Assembly (NCBI GenBank): GCA_035063585.1
Contig: JAPSGB010000005.1
Span: 64,001 to 128,000 of the forward strand
Direction: 5' to 3'
DNA from: Polyangiaceae bacterium
GTDB lineage: Bacteria > Myxococcota_A > Polyangia > Polyangiales > Polyangiaceae
Length of the DNA: 64,000 nt
Below, piece by piece: positions 21,071 to 31,258 of the stretch. The notes under the pieces are model-generated. The model searched no databases. It saw only the letters and a list, made by a program, of their open reading frames with translations, and was not told the origin of the DNA. The position numbers were made by a program, and so were the translations under genes. Positions within the stretch are counted from its first letter, which is position 1. Each line of letters opens with the position of its first letter.

Positions 21071-21679
21071 ATGAAGCAGAAAGGGCGGCTGCTCGTCTGC
21101 TGCGCCGCGGCCTGGCTCGTGACGTTCGGGTGCGGGGGCTCGGTCTCGACAGAGGCCGGAGCGGGCGGCGGCGGAGCGTCCGGAGCAGGGGGCTCGAGCG
21201 GCCTCGGCGGAGCGGGAACCGGCGGGGCGGGATCCGGCGGGGGAGGGACCGGCGGGGCGGGAACCGGCGGAACCGGTCTCGATGGCGGCGTGGACGCCCG
21301 CCCCGATGTCGTCGATGCCGCGCCGGACTACTTCGAGCCCGGCTGCCCGGACGCCGAGGTGCCGCCCCCGGACTACCAGTGTGACCCGCTGGCGACGCCG
21401 AGCGACTGCGGGCCGGGCGAGGCCTGCTACCCATACGTAGAGTACCCCTCGCAGCCCTGCGAGACGGAGCGTTACGGCACCTATTGCGTCGTAGCCGGGA
21501 CCGGTAAGCAGGGCGATCCGTGCGGCGGCGACGTGTGCGCGGCCGGCTTCGTGTGCGCCATCGGAGGCTCGAACGGCGCGCAGTGCATGCAGATCTGCTC
21601 GATGGACGGGAAGCGGAAGTGCCCGCCGGGTTTGCTCTGTCAGTCGCTCGACGTGGGGGACCTTCACGTATGCTTCTGA
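21071..21679 (+). CDS. Gly-rich/Cys-rich lipoprotein
   Basis: Signal peptide ending FGC, Gly-rich linker, Cys-rich C-terminal domain. Confidence 0.8.
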   Translation: MKQKGRLLVCCAAAWLVTFGCGGSVSTEAGAGGGGASGAGGSSGLGGAGTGGAGSGGGGTGGAGTGGTGLDGGVDARPDVVDAAPDYFEPGCPDAEVPPPDYQCDPLATPSDCGPGEACYPYVEYPSQPCETERYGTYCVVAGTGKQGDPCGGDVCAAGFVCAIGGSNGAQCMQICSMDGKRKCPPGLLCQSLDVGDLHVCF

Positions 21680-23286
21680 GCCGCTCGGTGCCGCTCGCGC
21701 TCGGCGGCGCGACCCTCGTCGCGCTCGCGCTCGCGCCGCTCGGGTGCGGCGCGAAATCCGGTCTGCGTGGCGCGCTCGCTGACGCCGGCGCCGACGCCGG
21801 CGCGGACGCTGACCTCGACGCCGGCACCGACGCCGACGCCGATGGCTCGCCCGAGTGCGAAGCGGACTCGGACTGTCGCACGGACGATCTCTGTTCGACG
21901 CGCGCCTGCGTAGAGGGTGTGTGCCAGGCGCCGCTCCCGGTCGACTGCGACGACGCCGACGAGTGCACCGCCGACCGCTGCGTGCCCGAGACCGGAGCAT
22001 GCGAGCGCAAACCGCTCACCCTCGACCAGGACGGTGACGGGCATCCAGGGCCGCGCCCCGGCCACGCTCCCGGCTCGCCCGGCGCCTGCGGTGACGACTG
22101 CGACGACACCAACCCGCGGGCGTACCCCGGCGGGAAGGAGGTCTGCGACGGCGTCGACAACGACTGCAACGGTGTGGTCGACGACGACATGTCCTACGTG
22201 CCTGCGGGGTCGGGCGATGTCGTCATCTCCGGCGGGCACAAACAGGCCGGGATCGGCGGCGCGGCGTGGAACGGCGAGCTCTATGCCGCCAGCTACACCG
22301 CGCAGGACACCCGCTGGCGAAACTACGTGAAGGGGCTCGCCGCGGACGGCAGCACCGCGTTCGACGAGACCGCGATCACCGCCATGACCAGCGACTCCTA
22401 TTCGGGGCCGGTGGTGTGGACGGGGGCGATGTTCGGCACCGCCTGGGAAGATCGCCGGGACGGCAATTACGAGATCTATTTCAACCGGCTCGGTAAGCGC
22501 GGCGACAAACTGTCGGCCGATCTCCGGCTCACCGACGCCGGGAATTTCTCGCTGCACCCGGCCGTCGTCTGGAACGGCGTCGAGTTCCTCGTGGTGTGGG
22601 ACGATCGGCGCGACGGGGTGGCGTCGATTTACGGGCAGCGCGTGGACGTCGACGGAAATAAGGTGGGCGGCAACGTTGCCGTCTCGTCTACCGGTATCGC
22701 CGCCGAGTCGCCCGTGCTGGCCGAGGGCGAGGCCTCGCTCGGGGTCGTCTACAACGTCGGCGATCCGAGCAACCCCTCCGTCATGTTCCGCCTGCTCCGA
22801 CCGGATCTCACCGCGAGCGCAGCCCCCATCGTCTTGTCGACGAACGACGCCACCGACGCAGTGATCGTCTTCAGCGGCGATCGCTACGTGGCCGCGTGGT
22901 CCACGCGCTCGAGCGTGCCCGGCGACTCGATCTGGGGCGCGACCATCGGTGAAGATGGCGCCATCATCCAGCCCGCGAAACGTCTCACCACGGGCGCGAG
23001 CTTCGCTCGCTCCGAGTCGCTCTTGCCGCTCGGTGATCGCCTGCTCTTGGTCTGGGCCGACGACCACGACGGCAACTACGAGCTCTACAGCAAGCTCTTG
23101 TCCCCCGCGCTCGAAGAGCTCTCGCCGCGCGCGCGTATCACTCACGACGGCGCGGACAGCGTGAACCCGATCGCCGTCTTCGGTCCGAACGGCGACGTGG
23201 GCGTGGTGTTCGACGACACCCGCAGCGGCACCTGGCGGAGCTACTTCACGCGGCTCGTCTGCCAAGCCGGCGGCGGCGGAGACTAG
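21670..23286 (+). CDS. Cys-rich lipoprotein with putative metal-binding motif and beta-propeller-like repeats
   Basis: PLGC lipobox; DCDDTNPRAYPGGKEVCDGVDNDCNGVVDD; repeated W(N/T)G...WxDxRxG units. Confidence 0.82.
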   Translation: MLLSRSVPLALGGATLVALALAPLGCGAKSGLRGALADAGADAGADADLDAGTDADADGSPECEADSDCRTDDLCSTRACVEGVCQAPLPVDCDDADECTADRCVPETGACERKPLTLDQDGDGHPGPRPGHAPGSPGACGDDCDDTNPRAYPGGKEVCDGVDNDCNGVVDDDMSYVPAGSGDVVISGGHKQAGIGGAAWNGELYAASYTAQDTRWRNYVKGLAADGSTAFDETAITAMTSDSYSGPVVWTGAMFGTAWEDRRDGNYEIYFNRLGKRGDKLSADLRLTDAGNFSLHPAVVWNGVEFLVVWDDRRDGVASIYGQRVDVDGNKVGGNVAVSSTGIAAESPVLAEGEASLGVVYNVGDPSNPSVMFRLLRPDLTASAAPIVLSTNDATDAVIVFSGDRYVAAWSTRSSVPGDSIWGATIGEDGAIIQPAKRLTTGASFARSESLLPLGDRLLLVWADDHDGNYELYSKLLSPALEELSPRARITHDGADSVNPIAVFGPNGDVGVVFDDTRSGTWRSYFTRLVCQAGGGGD

Positions 23287-24197
23287 CTGCGGAGCGTCGG
23301 AAGCCCGGCCTGGTGCACCTTGCCCGGGAGCCGGCGGCCGACCACCGCCTCGGCGACTCGGCCCGCCTCGAGGAGCTTCGGCAAGTCGATGCCCGTCTCG
23401 ATACCCATCCCGTGCAGCAGGTAGACGAGGTCTTCGGTCGCCAGGTTGCCGGCCGCGCCGGGCGCGTACGGGCAGCCGCCGAGACCCCCGACCGACGCGT
23501 CGAAATCACGAAACCCGAGCTCGAGGCCGACCAGGGCGTTGGCGAGCGCCGTGCCGCGGGTGTCGTGGAAGTGCAGCGCGAGCTTACTCGCCGGTAGCTC
23601 GGACAAGAAGAGCCGGCAGATGTCCCGCGTCTCGAGCGGAGTCCCGACGCCGATGGTGTCACCGAGGCTCACCTGATAGCAGCCGAGCTCGAGGAGCCGG
23701 TGCGTGAGCTCGAGGGAGCGCTTGGGATCGACCTTGCCCTCGTAGGGGCAGCCCCACACCGTCGACACGTAGGCGCGGACGCGCATGCCCGCCGCCAGCG
23801 CCGGCGGCACGAGCTCGCCGAACACGAGGAGCGACTGCTCGATGCTCTTGTTGGTGTTCTTGCGGTTGTGCGTCTCGCTCGCGCTCATGAAGACCGCGAT
23901 CTCGGTCAGCCCGGCCGCGCGCGCGCGTTCGAAGCCCTTGGCGTTCGGGCAGAGCGCGCTCAAGGTCACGCCGGCCGGGGCCCGTACGCGCTGCACGAGC
24001 TCGTCGGCGTCGGCGAGCTGCGGCACCCAGCGCGGCGACACGAAGCTCGTGAGCTCGATGCGAGACAGGCCGCTCGCGATGAGCGCCTGGAGGAGCTGCA
24101 CCTTGCCCTCGAGCGAGATCGGCGCGGCCTCGTTCTGCAGGCCGTCCCGAGGGGAGACCTCATAGACGGAGACGCGATCAGGGAGCTTGTCGAACAT
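23283..24197 (-). CDS. Hydroxymethylglutaryl-CoA lyase
   Basis: RDGLQNE, HFHDTRG, GLGGCPYAPGAAGN. Confidence 0.94.
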   Translation of the reverse strand: MFDKLPDRVSVYEVSPRDGLQNEAAPISLEGKVQLLQALIASGLSRIELTSFVSPRWVPQLADADELVQRVRAPAGVTLSALCPNAKGFERARAAGLTEIAVFMSASETHNRKNTNKSIEQSLLVFGELVPPALAAGMRVRAYVSTVWGCPYEGKVDPKRSLELTHRLLELGCYQVSLGDTIGVGTPLETRDICRLFLSELPASKLALHFHDTRGTALANALVGLELGFRDFDASVGGLGGCPYAPGAAGNLATEDLVYLLHGMGIETGIDLPKLLEAGRVAEAVVGRRLPGKVHQAGLPTLRS

Positions 24198-24288
24198 CGC
24201 CCACGGAGCGAGACACATACCACACCCTCGCGCCCGCGGGCCTCCTCGCCGCACCGCCGGCCGCGCCGGACCGGCATCCCTCCGGGGC

Positions 24289-25743
24289 TCAGGTGTCGTT
24301 CAGGCGGGTGTGGCGGTGGCCCGGATGGGGGGTGACCGGGATCGGGTAGTCACCGCTCCAGCAGGCGTGGCAGAAGCTGTTCGCGTCGAGCGGCTCGCGC
24401 ACGATGGGGAGCGCGCCCGCGCGCGCCGGCCGATCCTGGGCCGCTCGGTGGGTGCCGAGCACCGCGCCGATCATCCGGTCGAGTGAGAGGTAGGCGAGGG
24501 AGTCGCTGGTGATGTAGCGGTTGATCTCCTCGATGCTGTGGCTCGAGGCGATGAGCTCCGCTCGCGTCGGGGTGTCGATGCCGTAGTAGCAAGGCCAGCG
24601 CGTGGGCGGGCTCGAGATCCGCATGTGCACCTCGCGAGCGCCCGCGTTGCGGAGCATCTTCACGATCTTGCGGCTCGTGGTGCCGCGGACGATGCTGTCG
24701 TCGATCACGATGACGCGCTTGCCGCGCAGGGCGTCGCTCACCGGGTTCAGCTTCAGGCGCACGCCGAAGTGCCGGATGCTCTGCTGCGGCTCGATGAAGG
24801 TGCGGCCCACGTAGTGGCTGCGGACCAGGCCCATCTCGAAGCGGAGCTTGGAGCGTTCGGCGTAGCCGATGGTCGCGGGGACGCCCGAATCGGGGACCGG
24901 GATGACGACGTCGCCGTCGACCGGGTGTTCGTCGGCGAGCGCGCGGCCGAGCGCCTTTCGTGCCTCGTAGACGCTGACCCCGTCGATGACCGAATCGGGT
25001 CGCGCGAAGTAGACGTACTCGAAGATGCAGAGGTGCCGCTGCGCCTTGGCGAACGGGCGGAGCGAGCGCAGCCCGCGGCGATCGAACACCACCATCTCGC
25101 CCGGTTCGATTTCGCGGACGAAATCCGCGTCGATGAGGTCGAAGCTGCTCGGCTCGCTCGCGACCACCCAGGCGTCGGTCTTGCCGCGCATGACGCCGAG
25201 GCACAAGGGCCGGATCCCCATTGGATCACGGACCGCGATCATGGCCTCCTCGGTGAGGCAGAGGAGCGAGTAGGCGCCCTCCACCTGCCCGAGGGCCTCG
25301 GCCAGGCGCTCCTCGAGTTGGTCCTTGGCGCTCAGCGCGACCAGGTGGACCACGACCTCGGTGTCGCTCTCGCTCTGGAAGATCGAGCCGCGATCCTCCA
25401 GCCGCTCGCGGATCGCCTCGGCGTTGGTGAGGTTGCCGTTGTGCGCGAGCGCGATGGAGCCGCGAGCCCAGTCGACGGCGATGGGCTGGGCGTTCTTCAG
25501 GTATGAGCCGCCGGCGGTCGAGTAGCGGACGTGCCCGATGGCGTTCTCGCCCGTCAGCTTGGCGAGCTGCTCGGGCGTGAACACGTCGATGACGTGCCCC
25601 ATGCCGCGGTGCAGGCTGAGCTGCTGGCCGTCGCTCACCACGATGCCGGCGCTCTCTTGGCCGCGGTGCTGGAGCGCGTGGAGGCCGAGGTAGGTGAGGT
25701 TTGCTGCCTCGGGGTGGCCGAAGATGCCGAAGACGCCGCACAT
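24289..25743 (-). CDS. purF: Amidophosphoribosyltransferase
   Basis: N-terminal [41 protein letters not shown]. Confidence 0.97.
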   Translation of the reverse strand: MCGVFGIFGHPEAANLTYLGLHALQHRGQESAGIVVSDGQQLSLHRGMGHVIDVFTPEQLAKLTGENAIGHVRYSTAGGSYLKNAQPIAVDWARGSIALAHNGNLTNAEAIRERLEDRGSIFQSESDTEVVVHLVALSAKDQLEERLAEALGQVEGAYSLLCLTEEAMIAVRDPMGIRPLCLGVMRGKTDAWVVASEPSSFDLIDADFVREIEPGEMVVFDRRGLRSLRPFAKAQRHLCIFEYVYFARPDSVIDGVSVYEARKALGRALADEHPVDGDVVIPVPDSGVPATIGYAERSKLRFEMGLVRSHYVGRTFIEPQQSIRHFGVRLKLNPVSDALRGKRVIVIDDSIVRGTTSRKIVKMLRNAGAREVHMRISSPPTRWPCYYGIDTPTRAELIASSHSIEEINRYITSDSLAYLSLDRMIGAVLGTHRAAQDRPARAGALPIVREPLDANSFCHACWSGDYPIPVTPHPGHRHTRLNDT

Positions 25744-25817
25744 GACGTTGGGGGAGGCTTTGGACCGAAACGACCGGGCGCGCAACGAGGAAACGCGCTG
25801 ATCCGGGCGCCCAGTCG

Positions 25818-25834
25818 AATAGTACGGAACTATT
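25818..25834. promoter_or_regulatory. AT-rich palindrome in the divergent purF/TPR-gene intergenic region
   Basis: AATAGT-N5-ACTATT. Confidence 0.45.
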
Positions 25835-25872
25835 GCGGCTTTCGGCGCGGTGCGGGTTATTCTGCGAGCCGC

Positions 25873-28596
25873 ATGGGCGCCCTGGACGAGCTGCTCGCGG
25901 CGTGGCGAACCAACCCCGACGCCGAGGCGACGGTCGCGATTTGTTCCTACGTCGGATACTCGGGTCCAGAGTCGCTGGTCCGAGAGATCGGTACCAGTGC
26001 CGAGGCGTGGCACGCGCAAGACGGCGTCGTGATGCTCGCCGTTGGTCGCATGTACCTCGACGCGGGCCTCCTCGTGGAGGCGCAGGCCGCGCTCGTGAGC
26101 GCGGGGAAGGCGATGGGGCGCGATCCGCGCGCCTATCGCTATCTCGGAGAGGTCCTGCTCCGGCGCGGCGACGCGATGCGCGCGGAGAAGGTGCTCGCGC
26201 GCGCGATCGAGCTCGGCGATGGCGCCGACGCCCGGCTCTGGCACGACCGCGCCGTAGTCTACGCGGCGCTGCAGAAGCGGGTCGGTCCTGCCGCGGTCGC
26301 GACCGAGGTCGCGCGCACCGCGCCGAAGCAGACGTCGATCCCTCCGCCTTCGATGCCCGCGCGCCCCGCATTCGCGTCGGAGCCTCCGACCGTGGCAAAT
26401 CGTCCGGCGGTGGTCGAGCCGAAGGCGCGGAGCGTGCCGCCGCCGCTGCCCAAGAGCCCTCTGGCGACGGGCGGAGCGCCGCCGCTCGGAGCGCCGTCGC
26501 TCGGCGCGCCGCGCGTGCCGGAGTTCCTCGGCGCGCCGCCCGCGCCGCCGCCGGCCTTCACCCCGCCGCCGGCCTTCACTCCTCCGCCGCCGCCCGCGGT
26601 GTCGCCGCCGCTGGCCGCTCCGCCGTCGCCGCCGCTGGCCGCTCCGCCGTTTACGGCGCCGGCTCCCGAACCCGTATTTCATGACGCCGCCGGGGTCGGT
26701 GACGACCACGCCTCGATGGTGCTCGAGCACCTGGCGCGGGTCGGCGTCTACGAGCCGAAGGGCGGCGCGCCGCCCGCGTGGGAGACGGCCGCGAAGCAGA
26801 AGTCCCGCGGCTCCTGGGTCTTCGCGGTCGCCACCGTGCTCGCGCTCGGCGCGGGCGGCGGCATCTACGGGTACGCGCGCCACGTGCGCCTCGAGCGCGA
26901 GGCCGAGGCGAAGAGCATGAGCGACCAGGTCGACCATCTGCTCCACTCGGGCTCCGTGTCGGAGCTCCGCGCCACCGACGACAAGCTCTCGCGCATCTTC
27001 GAGCTCGATTCGCGGAGCCAGCGGGCCTCGCTCCTCTGGCTCGACAACCGCGTCCTCGGCGCGCTCGTACTGCCGGGCGAGCCGCGCGGCATCGACTCCG
27101 CCATGCAGCGCGCGCTCGCGACCGGAGCCGCGGAGAAGGACGTCGCGTTTGCCCGCATCGCCTCGTTCCTCGCCGACGGCGACCTGGCCGGCGCCGCCGC
27201 GCAGCTCCCGAAGTGGGACAAGCTCGCCGGCGACAGCGCGTTCTACCAGCTCGCCGCGGGTGCGGTGCTCGAGCGCGCCGGCGACTTGCGCGCGGTCGAG
27301 CGCTATCAAGCCGCGCGTGACCGCGATCCGGCGCTCGTGCTCGCGAAGCTGCTCTTGGCGCGGCTGGTGCTGCTCGAGGCGGGCGCCGAGAAGGGCAAGC
27401 CGATGGTCGAGGCGGTGACCGGAGCGCTCGGCCAGCGCGTCGACGCCAAGGCGCTTCGCGCGCTCGCCTGGGTGGTCGATCCGGCGCGGCCGGCGTCCCT
27501 GCCGGAGGACGCGCGCGTATCGCCCGCCGACGTCGCGCAGTTGCCCGTGCCGCTCGGCTCGGTGCCGTACATGGTGCAGGCGCTCGAGGCGATGCGCGAC
27601 GGTCGCGCGACCGACGCGGTGCAGGCGATCGAGCTCGGCCTCCGCTACGCCGACACGCCTGCGGTGGCGACGCGCCTCGGCTTCTTGGCGATCGAGGTCG
27701 GAGACGCCGCGCTCGCGCGCAGGGCGGCGCTCCGCGCGCTCGGGTTCTCCGCGATGTATCCCGGCGCGCGCGTGCTGGCGTCGCGAGTCGCGCTCCTCTC
27801 CGGCCGGGTCGCCGAGGCCAGCAAAGCCATCGAGGGGCTCGATCCACGGGAGCCGGAGGTGCTCATCGTGCGCGCGGTGCTCGCCTACGAGACGTTCGAC
27901 ACGAGCGAGCTCGAGTCCGCGGTGTCGGCGTTTGGTGACGCGGCGCGCTCTCGGCCCGACCTGGCGGGCCTCGCCGCCGCGCCACGCGTGCTCGCCGGTA
28001 AGGAGGAGCCTGCCGCGGCCGAGCTCACCCAGATGGCGCGCCCGAGTGTTCCGTGGGGTGAGGTCATCGCGATGGACGCCGCGCTCGACACGGGCGACCT
28101 CGAGCTCGCCGCCAAGCTCGCCCAGGGCTTCGGGAAGGAGACGGCCTCGCAGCCCGCGGTCCTCGTGCGGCTAGCGCGGCTCGCGCGCTACCAAGGTCAC
28201 GAGGCCGAGCTTGCGGCGCTGGTCGACCGCGAGCCCGACGCCGCCGCGATGACCGCGCGTGAGTTGGTAGAGCGCACCCTCGACCTCTTGGCGCTCGGGC
28301 GAGGCGAGAGTGCGCGCGCGCTGCTCGAGAAGTACCCGAGCGTGCTCGGGCCGATGACCGGATGGCTCCAGGTCCTCGCGCAGGTGGCGACTCATCAGAA
28401 GCCCGCGGCGCAGGTCAAGGCGTCGTCCCTCGAGCTGCCGCTCGAGATCGCGCCGCTGCCGCTGCGGCTGATGGCCGCCCGCGCGGTCGCCGCGGTCGGC
28501 GATCGACGGGCCAAGGGCTACCTCGCGGAGCTGCTTGCGCGCGCGCCGAAGAACCCTGATCTCAAGCTCGCCGGCGACGACCTGGGCAGGCGCTGA
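25873..28596 (+). CDS. Bitopic TPR-like protein with Pro-rich linker
   Basis: N-terminal TPR ([14 protein letters not shown]), Pro-rich tandem repeats, one TM ([20 protein letters not shown]), long Ala/Leu helical repeats. Confidence 0.82.
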   Translation: MGALDELLAAWRTNPDAEATVAICSYVGYSGPESLVREIGTSAEAWHAQDGVVMLAVGRMYLDAGLLVEAQAALVSAGKAMGRDPRAYRYLGEVLLRRGDAMRAEKVLARAIELGDGADARLWHDRAVVYAALQKRVGPAAVATEVARTAPKQTSIPPPSMPARPAFASEPPTVANRPAVVEPKARSVPPPLPKSPLATGGAPPLGAPSLGAPRVPEFLGAPPAPPPAFTPPPAFTPPPPPAVSPPLAAPPSPPLAAPPFTAPAPEPVFHDAAGVGDDHASMVLEHLARVGVYEPKGGAPPAWETAAKQKSRGSWVFAVATVLALGAGGGIYGYARHVRLEREAEAKSMSDQVDHLLHSGSVSELRATDDKLSRIFELDSRSQRASLLWLDNRVLGALVLPGEPRGIDSAMQRALATGAAEKDVAFARIASFLADGDLAGAAAQLPKWDKLAGDSAFYQLAAGAVLERAGDLRAVERYQAARDRDPALVLAKLLLARLVLLEAGAEKGKPMVEAVTGALGQRVDAKALRALAWVVDPARPASLPEDARVSPADVAQLPVPLGSVPYMVQALEAMRDGRATDAVQAIELGLRYADTPAVATRLGFLAIEVGDAALARRAALRALGFSAMYPGARVLASRVALLSGRVAEASKAIEGLDPREPEVLIVRAVLAYETFDTSELESAVSAFGDAARSRPDLAGLAAAPRVLAGKEEPAAAELTQMARPSVPWGEVIAMDAALDTGDLELAAKLAQGFGKETASQPAVLVRLARLARYQGHEAELAALVDREPDAAAMTARELVERTLDLLALGRGESARALLEKYPSVLGPMTGWLQVLAQVATHQKPAAQVKASSLELPLEIAPLPLRLMAARAVAAVGDRRAKGYLAELLARAPKNPDLKLAGDDLGRR

Positions 28597-28636
28597 TGCG
28601 CGCGCTTCGAGCCGCGGCGAGCTCGCATCCGGGCGG

Positions 28637-29959
28637 CTAGTTGGTGGTGACGACCACGCCGAGCGTGGCTGTGAGCTCCGACGTGGAGGAGTCGCGTGCC
28701 CGCTTCGGGAACGCGCCGAGCGCGGCGCCATCGGCGGCCGTGGGCGCATCCAGCTGGACGTCATCGCGGGCGTCGAGGCGAATGATGAGGTTGTCGCTCG
28801 GCTTGGCCTCGAGCGTGAGCGTGCCCGTGACGAACGACGACTGGTCGAGCCCGGTGCCGAAGAAATCGTTACGATCGTGGAGCGCCTCGCCGCGCAGCGC
28901 GACCCCCCACACCGGCGAGAGCTGGTAGCGGCCCATGAGCGAAGCGCCGTACCAGGTCTGGCGCGTGATGGTGCTCGACCCGTGGCTCGGGTCGCGCCGC
29001 CCCTGGGTTCCATAGTCGGCGTTCAGCGCCAGCCCGAGCGCCGGCGTCGGGCTCCAGCGCACCGCGACATCGACGAGGTGTCGCCAGGCGGCGAACTGGT
29101 TTGCCTCGCCGCGATCGACGGTGACGGTTCCTCCGGGCGCTCCGGCGGCTCCGACGCAGGAGCCCGCGCCCGGGTCGTAAGCGGTGCCCGGCGCGCAGTC
29201 GATGGTCGCCGAGTCGGGTTGCTCCGGGCCGCCCATCCAGCCGAGGCGTATCGACAGCGTGTCGGTCGGGGCGACCCCGAGCGAGAGAGCGAAGCTCTTG
29301 CCCGTGTTGTCGTCGACGGTGGCGTTCCAGCCGTTCACGACCAGCGTCGTCACGTCGAGCCCGTCCGTGACGTCGTAGCGTGCGCGGAGACCGGTGGTGA
29401 AGTTGGGCTGAGCCAGCCAGTAGAGCGCGCCGCGCGTGTAGTTGAAGTTGGCTTGGCTGTCGGCGAGCTCGGTCCCGAAGATCCCGTCGAATTTTCCGAA
29501 ATCGAGCTGGAGCGCGCGCGTCGGTCGCCAGGCGGCGAAGGCTTGCTTCACCATCTCGAGCCCGTGCTCGGCGTCGCGCCCGGCGTAGCTCTTCGCGCTC
29601 GGGCCGAAGCGCAAGTCGAGGGTGCCCCCCACCGGGGCCGGAGCATAGCTCGCGTCGAGGCCGACCCACGAGAGCCCCGCGCCCGAGCTCGCCGCGCTCG
29701 GACCGAGCACGGACGTGGCGCGCTCGGGCTTCGGGAAGTTGGTGTTCACCCGCGCATACGCGTCGATGAACGCGCCGAGCGAGAGCGCGTCGTACCACGG
29801 TGACGCCTCGGGCGGAGGCGGCGGCGCCACGTCTTCTTGTGCCAGCGCCGCGCTCGACCACGCGAGCGCCGAAACGCAGGCGAGCGCCGCCACGCGACCG
29901 CGCCCTCGGGCGGAGACGGGGTGAGGCGCCTTGGCCATTCGAGTGTCAGACCGCGTCAT
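28637..29959 (-). CDS. Outer-membrane beta-barrel porin (BBP2/DUF1597-like)
   Basis: Signal peptide; DFGKF...E, NFNYTRG, TGLR, NGWN; alternating beta strands. Start 29959 or 29938. Confidence 0.8.
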   Translation of the reverse strand: MTRSDTRMAKAPHPVSARGRGRVAALACVSALAWSSAALAQEDVAPPPPPEASPWYDALSLGAFIDAYARVNTNFPKPERATSVLGPSAASSGAGLSWVGLDASYAPAPVGGTLDLRFGPSAKSYAGRDAEHGLEMVKQAFAAWRPTRALQLDFGKFDGIFGTELADSQANFNYTRGALYWLAQPNFTTGLRARYDVTDGLDVTTLVVNGWNATVDDNTGKSFALSLGVAPTDTLSIRLGWMGGPEQPDSATIDCAPGTAYDPGAGSCVGAAGAPGGTVTVDRGEANQFAAWRHLVDVAVRWSPTPALGLALNADYGTQGRRDPSHGSSTITRQTWYGASLMGRYQLSPVWGVALRGEALHDRNDFFGTGLDQSSFVTGTLTLEAKPSDNLIIRLDARDDVQLDAPTAADGAALGAFPKRARDSSTSELTATLGVVVTTN

Positions 29960-30056
29960 GATCGGCTCCTTCTCTCGAGGGCTCGGGCCGAGCCCCAGGC
30001 GCCTCGCGGGGCGCTCCTCGTCCGGGTTCGTACCAGCTTCGCGCCCGAGCGCGCCG

Positions 30057-30093
30057 AAAAAAAGGGCGCGAGGCCGGCCTCGGCCTCCCGCCC
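30057..30093 (-). terminator. Intrinsic terminator after pilT
   Basis: Minus strand GGGCG-G-GAGGCC [6-nt loop] GGCCTC-G-CGCCC followed by T7, 11 bp after the pilT stop. Confidence 0.8.
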
Positions 30094-30104
30094 ATGGGCA
30101 CCCG

Positions 30105-31235
30105 TCAGCGGGGGCGTGCACCCTCGCCCAGCGTCCCCGCCGGCCCTCCCTGCTGAATCATGTTAGTGAGCTCGTCGGGCTCGTTCGAGCGGCCCATCGC
30201 CTCCTCGAGGCTGATGAGGCGCCGCGCGTAGAGCGAGTAGAGGCTCTGGTTCAGGGTCTGCATGCCGTGCTTTAGCTGGCCCACCTGCATCTGCGAGTAG
30301 ATCTGGTGGACCTTGTCTTCGCGGATGAGGTTTCGGATGGCCGCGTTCGGCACCATCACCTCGAGCGCGAGCACCCGCCCGGGCGCGCCTGCGCGTGGGA
30401 GCAGGAGTTGGCTCAGCACCCCTTCGAGCACGAACGAGAGCTGCGCGCGCACCTGCGGCTGCTGGTGCGGTGGGAAGACGTCGATGATGCGGTTGATGCT
30501 CTGGAGCGCCGAGTTGGTGTGGAGCGTCGCGAAGACGAGATGGCCCGTCTCCGCGATGGTGAGCGCGGACTCGATGGTCTCGAGATCACGCATCTCGCCG
30601 ACCAGGACCACGTCCGGGTCCTGCCTGAGCACGTACTTGAGCGCGTCCTTGAAGGAGCTCGTGTCGCTGCCGATCTCGCGCTGGTTGACGATGCAGCGCT
30701 TGTGCGGGTGGAGGTACTCGATGGGATCCTCCACGGTCATGATGTGTTGCCGCGTCTCACTGTTGATCTTGTCTATGATCGACGCGAGCGTGGTGCTCTT
30801 GCCCGAGCCGGTAGGCCCGGTGACGAGGATGAGCCCCCTCGGGCGAGACGACAGATCGGCGACGACCGGCGGTAGCCCGAGCTCGTCGAAGCTCAGGATC
30901 TTGAACGGAATGGAGCGGAACGCGGCCGACACCGCGCCGCGCTGCAGGAAGATGTTGGCGCGGAAGCGAGACAGGTTCTTCACGCCGAAGGAGAGGTCGA
31001 GTTCCTTGTGCTTCTCGAAGGCGATCTTCTGCTCCTCCGTCAGGACCGAATAGCAGAGCTGCTTGGTCTCGACCGGGGACAGCGGCTGGAGCTTCAGCGG
31101 TACGATGGCGCCGTCGATCCGGAGCAGCGGCGGAGAGCCGGTGGTGATGTGCATGTCGCTCGCGCCCTTCTCGATCATGGCGCGGAGCAACTGGTGGAGG
31201 TTGACCTTGAGGCCCTCTTGCCCGTCGTAGCTCAT
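30105..31235 (-). CDS. pilT: Type IV pilus retraction ATPase
   Basis: GPTGSGKSTT, EDPIE, LVGEMRD, TGHLVFATLHT, AIRNLIRE, GMQTL. Confidence 0.96.
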   Translation of the reverse strand: MSYDGQEGLKVNLHQLLRAMIEKGASDMHITTGSPPLLRIDGAIVPLKLQPLSPVETKQLCYSVLTEEQKIAFEKHKELDLSFGVKNLSRFRANIFLQRGAVSAAFRSIPFKILSFDELGLPPVVADLSSRPRGLILVTGPTGSGKSTTLASIIDKINSETRQHIMTVEDPIEYLHPHKRCIVNQREIGSDTSSFKDALKYVLRQDPDVVLVGEMRDLETIESALTIAETGHLVFATLHTNSALQSINRIIDVFPPHQQPQVRAQLSFVLEGVLSQLLLPRAGAPGRVLALEVMVPNAAIRNLIREDKVHQIYSQMQVGQLKHGMQTLNQSLYSLYARRLISLEEAMGRSNEPDELTNMIQQGGPAGTLGEGARPR

Positions 31236-31258
31236 GTTTCGTCTCCGCCTATCTCGCT

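Noticed and set aside
26530..26660. Tandem repeats here and at about 21200-21275, 46490-46610 and 56293-56330 as CRISPR or non-coding repeats
   Set aside because: They are in-frame Pro- or Gly-rich linker repeats with no unique spacers and no cas genes.
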